Source of the DNA: Thalassobaculaceae bacterium
GTDB lineage: Bacteria; Pseudomonadota; Alphaproteobacteria; Thalassobaculales; Thalassobaculaceae
NCBI GenBank assembly: GCA_965228875.1
Contig: OZ245843.1
Span: forward strand, 3,144,616-3,208,615
Direction: 5' to 3'
Length of the DNA: 64,000 bases
Part shown: positions 57,116-64,000 of the stretch, piece by piece
Position numbering within the stretch: the first letter of the stretch is position 1
How the letters are laid out: each line of letters begins with the position of its first letter
The notes under the pieces: model-generated
Seen by the model: only the letters and a program-made list of their open reading frames with translations
Database searches by the model: none
Told to the model about the DNA's origin: nothing
Translations under genes and position numbers: made by a program

Positions 57116-58546
57116 ATGGCCGATATTCGCATAGACGGCGCCCTCGTCGTCACCATGGATCCCGAGCGACGCGTTCTTGAGGATGGCGGCGTGGCGATCA
57201 CCGGGTCAAGGATCGCCGCGGTCGGTTCGCGCGCCGAGATCGCCCGCGACCACCCCGCCGACACGGTGATCGACGGCACGCGCATGGCGCTCATGCCGGG
57301 CTTCGTCGATGTGCACGCCCATGCCGGCCACGGACTGATCAAGACCCTCGGCCTCGCTTTCGACGGGGAGTGGGAGCGGGCCTGCCACACGGCCTACACG
57401 GTGGCATCGGATACCCAATTCTGGGCGGCGGAGGCGGCGCTGTCGGCCGTCGAGCGGATCCGCTGCGGCACGACGACCGGCGTGTCCTATCTCGGTGGTG
57501 GCGACGACGTCATGCGGACCGACGAGGCGCTCTACGCCGACGCCCATTGCCGCGAGATCGAGCGGATCGGCAGCCGCTCCGTCGTCGCGGTCGGCATCAA
57601 CCGCCCCCCTTTCCCCAAGACCTACGCGAACATCGAGGACGGCGGCCACGTCGCGCGCACCGTGTCGTTCGCGACCCAGCTCGCCGTCTGCGAGGACGTC
57701 GCGGCGCGGTGGGACGGCGCGGCCGACGGTCGCCTGCGCATCGCCGTCAGCTTCCCGGTGCATCACCGCGGCTCCGGCCAGGACGGCGTCCTCGCCGAGG
57801 TCCGCGAGCAGGCGGCCGCGACCCGCGACCTGACCCGGCGACGCCGGCTGATCTTCACCCAGGACGGCCACCGCCAGGGCAGCATCCGCACCGCCCACGA
57901 GACGTTCGGCCTGCTCGGCCCCGACGCGCTGATGAGCCACTCGGTCGATCTCGATGAGGAGGAGATCCGCCTGGTCGCCGAGACCGGCACGAAGATCGCC
58001 CACAACCCCTCGGCCAACCGCTCGATCACCGGCCGCTGCCCGGTGCCGGAACTGATCGAGGCGGGTGCCGTGGTCGGCCTCGGCTCCGACGGCACCGCGC
58101 CCGACCGCGGCTACGACATGTTCCGTCACATGTTCCAGGCCATGCACTACCACCGCCGCCACTTCCGCGATCCGGCGGTGCTGCCGCCCGGCAAGATCCT
58201 GGAGATGGCGACGATCGACGGGGCGGCCGCGCTCGGCATGGAGGGGGAGATCGGCTCGATCGAACCCGGCAAGCAGGCCGACCTGATCCTGGTCGACCTG
58301 TTCAAGCCGCACATGGTGCCGATGACCATGCCGCTGTACCGGCTCGCCTGCTTCGCCAACGGCGCCGATGTGGACACCACCATCGTTGCCGGCAAGATCC
58401 TGATGCAGGGCCGCGACCTGGTCGGCATCGACGAGACGGCGGTGCTGGAGGAAGCCGACCGGCAGGCGGCGCTGATGGTCGAGCGCGCCGGGCTCGGGGA
58501 CCTGGAACGGCTGCCGGTGCGGTTCTGGGGGGTGGCGCGGGGCTGA
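57116..58546 (+). CDS. Metal-dependent amidohydrolase (Atz/Trz/MtaD-like)
   Basis: MPGFVDVHAH, AHNPSAN, GLGSDG, GSIEPGKQADL. Confidence 0.9.
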   Translation: MADIRIDGALVVTMDPERRVLEDGGVAITGSRIAAVGSRAEIARDHPADTVIDGTRMALMPGFVDVHAHAGHGLIKTLGLAFDGEWERACHTAYTVASDTQFWAAEAALSAVERIRCGTTTGVSYLGGGDDVMRTDEALYADAHCREIERIGSRSVVAVGINRPPFPKTYANIEDGGHVARTVSFATQLAVCEDVAARWDGAADGRLRIAVSFPVHHRGSGQDGVLAEVREQAAATRDLTRRRRLIFTQDGHRQGSIRTAHETFGLLGPDALMSHSVDLDEEEIRLVAETGTKIAHNPSANRSITGRCPVPELIEAGAVVGLGSDGTAPDRGYDMFRHMFQAMHYHRRHFRDPAVLPPGKILEMATIDGAAALGMEGEIGSIEPGKQADLILVDLFKPHMVPMTMPLYRLACFANGADVDTTIVAGKILMQGRDLVGIDETAVLEEADRQAALMVERAGLGDLERLPVRFWGVARG

Positions 58547-58552
58547 GGCGGA

Positions 58553-59545
58553 TCAGATCAGCCAGTCGTTACTGAAATCCGTCCGGTGCAGATCGATACT
58601 GCCGATGATGTAGTAGGAGCGACCGGTCGCCGAATAGGTGAGTATCCCGTCGCTGAAACTCAGTGAACTCGTCGGAACGGTCAGGCCGCCCGTGTCAATC
58701 CGATCGCCTTCATCCGGGTTGAAGTCCACCCAATCGGTCTCGCTCGACCCGTTGTACGCTCGGTGAAGCGTGACGGTGTCCGCTCCCTCGCCTCCGATCA
58801 CGGTCGCTCGCCAGGAGCTGGAGCTGTCTCCGAAGGCGATGAGGTCGTCGCCCTTGTTGCCGTACAGCACGTCCAGGTCGAAACTGGAGGTCGACGACTG
58901 CTCCGCACTGCCATAGATCGTGTCGTTGTCCTGGCCGCCGTAGATCGTGTCGTTGCCGAGGCCGCCTGACAGCAGGTCGCCGCCATGGTTGCCGTAGATC
59001 AGGTCGTCATTGCCGCCGCCATGGATCGAGTCCGCGCCCTCGCGCAGCACGCCCTCGCCGTCGGCCGGACCGTCGTTCTGACCGCCGTAGATCGTGTCGT
59101 TTCCCCAGTCGCCGGACAACAAGTCCAACCCCTGGTTGCCGTAGATCACGTCGTTCCCGTCGCCGCCGGTCAGCGAGTCGCCCCCCTCGTAACCTCGCAT
59201 CAACCCGTCCGTATAGACACTGGCCTCGGCGATCGAGAGATGGTCGTCGCCGTCGGCACCCTGGGCGTACATGCGGCCGTGGATCGACCGGCCCTCGCTG
59301 TAGCCTACGGCGACATAGTGGTCCCACCCGCTGGCGAAACTGCCGAACGCCACGGCTTCGGCGACATCGGGAAAGGCCGCGAGGTAGTAGGATTCGGTGA
59401 AGGTGAAGGCGCTGCGCCCTTCCGAAAGACCGGATGTGTAGAAGTGCTCGTAGGCGTCGATGCCGGCATTGGCCACGTCGAGGTTGTGCGCGAGGTACCA
59501 TTCCGGATCAAACTGAGAAGGTGTCGACATCGTCGGATCCGTCAT
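58553..59545 (-). CDS. RTX-type calcium-binding protein
   Basis: Repeated GGxGxDxI/LxG nonapeptides; N-terminal duplicated FDPEWYL...DVA...HFY...EGR repeat; C-terminal DF...DWLI secretion-signal-like end. Confidence 0.85.
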   Translation of the reverse strand: MTDPTMSTPSQFDPEWYLAHNLDVANAGIDAYEHFYTSGLSEGRSAFTFTESYYLAAFPDVAEAVAFGSFASGWDHYVAVGYSEGRSIHGRMYAQGADGDDHLSIAEASVYTDGLMRGYEGGDSLTGGDGNDVIYGNQGLDLLSGDWGNDTIYGGQNDGPADGEGVLREGADSIHGGGNDDLIYGNHGGDLLSGGLGNDTIYGGQDNDTIYGSAEQSSTSSFDLDVLYGNKGDDLIAFGDSSSSWRATVIGGEGADTVTLHRAYNGSSETDWVDFNPDEGDRIDTGGLTVPTSSLSFSDGILTYSATGRSYYIIGSIDLHRTDFSNDWLI

Positions 59546-59651
59546 AGCCACATCAATGCGTTGATCTCTACGCCAACTTGGCAACCGAGACGGAGCGTGA
59601 CAAGCGCCAGCCGATGTTTCTTCTCCCCTCCCGCAGGTTACGCGCTATATC

Positions 59652-60041
59652 ATGGCCGACGGGTTCGTTCCGGAGATCACAGGAATGTTCGGGAAGTCCA
59701 AGACCAAACAGGCGCCGGCAGGGGCCAAACAGGGCGTGAAATCGGATGTGAAGCTCGGCGCCGCCATCTTCGGCGAGGAGGAGCTCGAGGTCCGGGAGCT
59801 GCACATCAAGGGGATCCGCATCCCCAATCCCGGCGAAGGCAACATCATCGCCGGACAGCGTTTCCACTTCCTACTCCGTCTGGGCGACGGCGAGTCCGCG
59901 CCGGTGATCAAGATCGAGGCGCACGCGCTCGCCGCCTCCGAGAAAGAGGTGATCGGCAAGTTCGCCGACATGGACGACGACGAGAAACGGCTGCTCGCCC
60001 TGCACATGAAAGCCCTGCGCCAGGCGGGGGCCGTCGCCTGA
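59652..60041 (+). CDS. Hypothetical protein
   Basis: Open frame with host-like codon usage; start could be 59685. Confidence 0.65.
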   Translation: MADGFVPEITGMFGKSKTKQAPAGAKQGVKSDVKLGAAIFGEEELEVRELHIKGIRIPNPGEGNIIAGQRFHFLLRLGDGESAPVIKIEAHALAASEKEVIGKFADMDDDEKRLLALHMKALRQAGAVA

Positions 60042-60063
60042 ACGCAGGCGGCGCCGTCCGCCC

Positions 60064-61620
60064 TCAGAAGTCCGTCGCCACCCCGCCCTCGGCGATCCGC
60101 CGGTCGACGAACGCGTCGAGTTCCTCGCGCACCGCCGGGTCCATCGCCGGCGCCTCGTACTCCGCCAGCAGGCGCCGGGCCAACCCGTTGGCCCGGCTCA
60201 GGGCGTCCGGCGCGCCGGCCTCGTTCCAGGTCTCGAAATTGCGCCAGTCCGAGACCATCGGCGCATGGAACGCGGTGCGGTAGCGCGCCTGGGTGTGCGC
60301 CGTGCCGAAGAAGTGCCCGCCGGGGCCGACCTCCCGCACCGCCTCGAGCGCCAGGGCATCGGCGTCCACCGCCAGCGGATCGAGGAAGGCGGCGACCATC
60401 GAGATCATGTCCGCATCCATGACCATCTTTTCGTAGGAGGCGGTGAGCCCGCCCTCCATCCAGCCGCATCCGTGCATCAGCAGGTTCACCCCGCCGGTGA
60501 CGGCGCCCCAGAGCGAGAACGCGCTCTCCCATGCCGCCTGGGCGTCGGGCACGTTGGCGGCGTTCACGTTGGAGGAGCGGTACGGCAGGCGGTAGCGCCG
60601 GGCGAGCTGGCCGCCGACCACCGCCGCCTGCATGTACTCCGGCGTGCCGAAGGCCGGGGCGCCCGATTTCATGTCCACGTTCGAGGTGAAACCGCCATAG
60701 ACCACCGGCGCGCCCGGCCGCACCACCTGGGAGAAGGCGATCCCGGCAAGCGCCTCGGCGTTCTGTTGGGCGAGCGCGCCGGCGATGGTCACCGGCGCCA
60801 TGGCCCCGGCCAAGGTGAACGGCGTGATCACCGCCACCTGACCGGCCTCGGCCAGCGCGATCACCCCCTCCAGCATCGGCAGGTCGAAGCGCAGGGGCGA
60901 GCTGGCGTTGATGACCGAGAACAGGCTCGGTTCGCGTTCCAGCGTCGCCCGGTCGACGCCGCGGGCGATCCGCACGATCTCGATCCCGTCCTCGATTCGC
61001 TGGCGGCCGAGGGAATAGGCGTGCGGAATCCGGTCGGTCAGGGTCACCATGTCCCGCAGCGCCTCCAGATGGCGCACCGAGGCATGGATATCCACCGGCT
61101 CGACCGGATAGCCGCCGACCGCGTGCATGACGTTCAGCGACTGGGTCAGCTTGAGCAGGTTGCGGTAGTCCGCGCGGTTGCCGACCCGCCGGCCGCCGTC
61201 GAGCCCGCTGACGTTCGGCGCGCTCGCCACCGAGCAGACGACGATCTCGTCGCCGCCGAAGCCGACCGAGCGCTCCGGCGCGCGGGAGTGGACGGTGAAA
61301 GCATCCGGGGCGCGGGCGACCAGGTCCATCACCAGGTCCCGGTCGAAGCGGACCCGCTCGCCGGTGACCGACGCGCCGGCGGCGGCCAGGCGGGTGCGCG
61401 CCTCCTCCAGCAGAAAATCGATCCCGACATCCTCGAGGATCGTCAGCGACGCCGCGTGCACCGCTTCGAGCGCATCCTCCGACAGCAGCGTCGCCGGCGC
61501 GCCCCTCCGGTACAGGCGACGCCACGCCGGCTGTTCCAGGCGGGCCGCCGCCGCTCGCCGTCCGCCGCCACGCGCCCGTCGTCCCCGACCCGCAGGTCCC
61601 TCCGTATCGCTCCCGCTCAT
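60064..61620 (-). CDS. Trimethylamine methyltransferase MttB family (non-pyrrolysine type)
   Basis: INASSPLRFD, TPFTLAGAMAPVT, FTSNVDMKSGAPAFGTPE, VGPGGHFFG; no in-frame amber codon. Confidence 0.92.
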   Translation of the reverse strand: MSGSDTEGPAGRGRRARGGGRRAAAARLEQPAWRRLYRRGAPATLLSEDALEAVHAASLTILEDVGIDFLLEEARTRLAAAGASVTGERVRFDRDLVMDLVARAPDAFTVHSRAPERSVGFGGDEIVVCSVASAPNVSGLDGGRRVGNRADYRNLLKLTQSLNVMHAVGGYPVEPVDIHASVRHLEALRDMVTLTDRIPHAYSLGRQRIEDGIEIVRIARGVDRATLEREPSLFSVINASSPLRFDLPMLEGVIALAEAGQVAVITPFTLAGAMAPVTIAGALAQQNAEALAGIAFSQVVRPGAPVVYGGFTSNVDMKSGAPAFGTPEYMQAAVVGGQLARRYRLPYRSSNVNAANVPDAQAAWESAFSLWGAVTGGVNLLMHGCGWMEGGLTASYEKMVMDADMISMVAAFLDPLAVDADALALEAVREVGPGGHFFGTAHTQARYRTAFHAPMVSDWRNFETWNEAGAPDALSRANGLARRLLAEYEAPAMDPAVREELDAFVDRRIAEGGVATDF

Positions 61621-61754
61621 GGTCCCTCCGCAGCCCGTCGCCGAAACATTGCCCGCGCCGCAATCGTCGGTCGAGAAGAAAGGGACGGCGGCTCGGCTCT
61701 TGACTTCCGGTGCCGCCCGCGCCCGAGTCAGGCACCGAACACAGGAGCCCCGCC

Positions 61755-63764
61755 ATGACGTCCGCCGCCGCCTCGCCCGAGATCGCCACCCTCGCCGCCG
61801 ACCTGCGGTCGGCAGGGGTCCAGACCGAGCCGGAGGGTCTGGCGGCCACGCTCGGGCGGATCGCGGCCAGCCCGCCCACCTACCCGGCCCGGGCCTGGCA
61901 GCGTCTGATCGCCGAGGCGCTTCCGGAAGCGCTCGCGGCGCGGTTGGAGACGGCCGTCGACGGGATGCGCGGCGCGGAGACCGCCGCCGACCCGAGCCGG
62001 CTGGACCGGCTGCGCGGCGCCCTGGCGGATGCCGGCGTCGACGGCTTCATCCTGCCGCGCGCCGACGAGCACATGGGCGAGTACATACCGGCGCCGGCCC
62101 AACGTCTCGCCTGGCTGACCGGCTTCACCGGCTCGGCCGGCGTCGTCCTGGTGCTGCCCGACGTCGCGGTGATCTTCGTCGACGGCCGCTACACCCTGCA
62201 GGTCGCACAGCAGATCGATACCGGGCGCTGGACCGTCGAGCATCTGGTCCGCACCCCGCCGGCCGACTACGTCCGCGATCATCTTGACGGCCGGCGGCTC
62301 GGCTTCGACCCGAAGCTGCACTCGATCAGCGCCGCCCGGAGGCTTCGGGACGCCGCGACGGCAGCCGGCGGCACGGTGGTCGCGCTCGAGCGCAACCCGA
62401 TCGACGCGCTGTGGACCGACCGGCCGGCGCCACCGCTCGGCCCGGTCGAGCTGCTGCCGGCGACGCTCGCCGGCCTGGACCCGGCCGCCAAGCGCGAACG
62501 GATCGCCGCCGACCTCGTCGCACGCGGCGCCGACGCCACCGTGCTGAACCAGCCGGAGTCGATCGCCTGGCTGCTGAACCTGCGCGGTGCCGACGTGCCC
62601 TATACCCCCCTGCCCCTGGCCTACGCGACGGTCGACGGGGCGGGCATGGTCGAGCTGTTCCTGGACGAGGCGAAGTGCACCGACGCGGTCCGCTCCGGCC
62701 TCGGCAACGGCGTCACCCTGCGCCCGTTCGAGGCGGTCGGCGATGCGCTTGAGGCCCTCGGCCAGGCCGGCGCGACCGTGTCGATCGATCCCGACGCCGC
62801 CACCGAATGGATGCGCGACCGTCTGGAGGCGGCCGGTGCCACGGTACGCCTGGACACCGATCCGTGCGTGCTGCCGCGGGCCCGCAAGAACGCCGTGGAA
62901 CTCGCCGGGACCCGGGCCGCCCATGTGCGCGACGCCGCCGCCATGGCCCGCTTCCTGAAATGGATCGACGACACCGGCACCGCCACCACCGAACTCGGCG
63001 CCGCCGAGGCGCTCGAAGGGTTCCGCGCCGAGATCGCCGACTGGCGCGGGCCGAGCTTCCCGTCCATCTCCGGTGCCGGCCCGGATGGCGCCATCGTCCA
63101 CTACCGGGTGACCGAGGAGACGGACCGACCGCTTCAGGACGGCTCGCTCTACCTGATCGACAGCGGCGCGCAGTATCTCGACGGCACCACCGACATCACC
63201 CGCACGGTCGCCATCGGCACGCCGAGCCGCGAGATGAAGGAGCGCTTCACCCTTGTCCTCAAGGGTCACATCGCCCTCGCCACGGCACGGTTCCCGGCCG
63301 GCACGACCGGCGGGCAGATCGACGCGCTGGCGCGGCAGTTCCTGTGGAAGGCGGGGCTCGACTTCGACCACGGCACCGGTCACGGGGTCGGCGTGTTCCT
63401 CGGCGTGCATGAGGGACCGCAACGCATATCCAGCGCCAGCCGGGTGCCCATCGAGGCGGGTATGATTCTCTCCAACGAGCCCGGCTACTACAAACCCGAC
63501 GGCTATGGCATCCGCATCGAAAACCTGCTGGTCGCGGTCGAGGCGCCGCCGCAGGAGGACAACGGCCGGGCGATGCTCTGCTTCGAGACCATCACCTTCG
63601 CCCCGATCGACCGGCGCCTGGTCGAGCCGACGCTGATGACCGCCGAGGAGATCGACTGGCTCGACGCCTACCATGCCCAGGTCCGCGACCGCGTGGCGCC
63701 GTCGCTCGCGGAGGATGACAGGACCTGGCTGGAAGCCGCGACGGCGCCGACCCTCCAGCCGTGA
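61755..63764 (+). CDS. Aminopeptidase P family (M24)
   Basis: WLTGFTGSAG, DSGAQYLDGTTDITRT, HGTGHGVG, HEGP, SNEPGYY, GIRIEN. Confidence 0.93.
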   Translation: MTSAAASPEIATLAADLRSAGVQTEPEGLAATLGRIAASPPTYPARAWQRLIAEALPEALAARLETAVDGMRGAETAADPSRLDRLRGALADAGVDGFILPRADEHMGEYIPAPAQRLAWLTGFTGSAGVVLVLPDVAVIFVDGRYTLQVAQQIDTGRWTVEHLVRTPPADYVRDHLDGRRLGFDPKLHSISAARRLRDAATAAGGTVVALERNPIDALWTDRPAPPLGPVELLPATLAGLDPAAKRERIAADLVARGADATVLNQPESIAWLLNLRGADVPYTPLPLAYATVDGAGMVELFLDEAKCTDAVRSGLGNGVTLRPFEAVGDALEALGQAGATVSIDPDAATEWMRDRLEAAGATVRLDTDPCVLPRARKNAVELAGTRAAHVRDAAAMARFLKWIDDTGTATTELGAAEALEGFRAEIADWRGPSFPSISGAGPDGAIVHYRVTEETDRPLQDGSLYLIDSGAQYLDGTTDITRTVAIGTPSREMKERFTLVLKGHIALATARFPAGTTGGQIDALARQFLWKAGLDFDHGTGHGVGVFLGVHEGPQRISSASRVPIEAGMILSNEPGYYKPDGYGIRIENLLVAVEAPPQEDNGRAMLCFETITFAPIDRRLVEPTLMTAEEIDWLDAYHAQVRDRVAPSLAEDDRTWLEAATAPTLQP

Positions 63765-63768
63765 TCGA

Positions 63769-64000
63769 TCAGTCGCGGCGGCGGTCCGGGCGCGGCTTGA
63801 TGGGAACATCCTGACGGCGTCGGTCGGGTCCGACATAGGAGCGGTTCATGATGAACTCGCGCCGTTCGTGCAGCGCCATGTCCAGGCGCTTGCGCAGTCC
63901 GTCCAGGGTGAACGGTTTCGCCATCAGCAGGTTCACCCCGGCATCCCGCGCCGCGCGGACGGCGAGCCGGTCGGCGCTCGCGGTGACGAGGATGATCGGG
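63769..64000 (-). CDS. Response regulator receiver protein, 3' part only
   Basis: Manual translation PIILVTASADRLAVRAARDAGVNLLMAKPFT...YVGPDRRR; start lies outside the window. Confidence 0.85.
   Translation of the reverse strand, partial: PIILVTASADRLAVRAARDAGVNLLMAKPFTLDGLRKRLDMALHERREFIMNRSYVGPDRRRQDVPIKPRPDRRRD

Noticed and set aside
60064..61620. Pyrrolysine recoding in the MttB gene
   Set aside because: The frame is open with no internal TAG, and there are no pyl genes.
32693..63836. Many long overlapping alternative-frame ORFs (e.g. 32693-34408, 38382-40343, 40352-42304, 52326-54344, 61728-63836, and the N-terminal extension of 32722-36477)
   Set aside because: Shadow ORFs expected in high-GC DNA; they overlap well-supported genes and lack motifs.

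Overview
The window has two parts and appears to come from a high-GC Alphaproteobacterium; the gene content suggests Rhodospirillales, which is an inference. Bases 1 to about 31,300 are a lower-GC, CTAG-rich accessory defence island. It carries a truncated putative helicase gene, a K+ channel, a Shango-type TerB/DUF2791/Lhr triad, a frameshifted TM0106-type nuclease-helicase, a YhaO/YhaN (SbcDC-like) pair, an RloC-like zinc-hook ATPase, a PD-(D/E)xK nuclease and an AbiE toxin-antitoxin pair. The TerB protein of the triad has an unusual signal peptide + peptidoglycan-binding domain + transmembrane N-terminus. Inside the island, between two copies of the yhaN 3' end, is a compact operon: an unannotated 58-aa Arg-rich ORF, an arginase-family hydrolase, a radical SAM enzyme with a degenerate SPASM domain and a JmjC oxygenase. 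This is the best candidate for an undescribed peptide-modification (RiPP-like) system. It is followed by an intact IS3/IS407-group element and a stack of about 50-bp copies of that element's right end. Bases from about 31,360 to 64,000 are high-GC core-like metabolic genes: hydantoinase, M20 peptidases, dgoKA, FAH/SDR, TRAP transporter, OmpA, HlyC-like acyltransferase, RTX protein, MttB and aminopeptidase P. All calls come from reading motifs by eye; no database searches were run. No rRNA, tRNA or CRISPR array was found.
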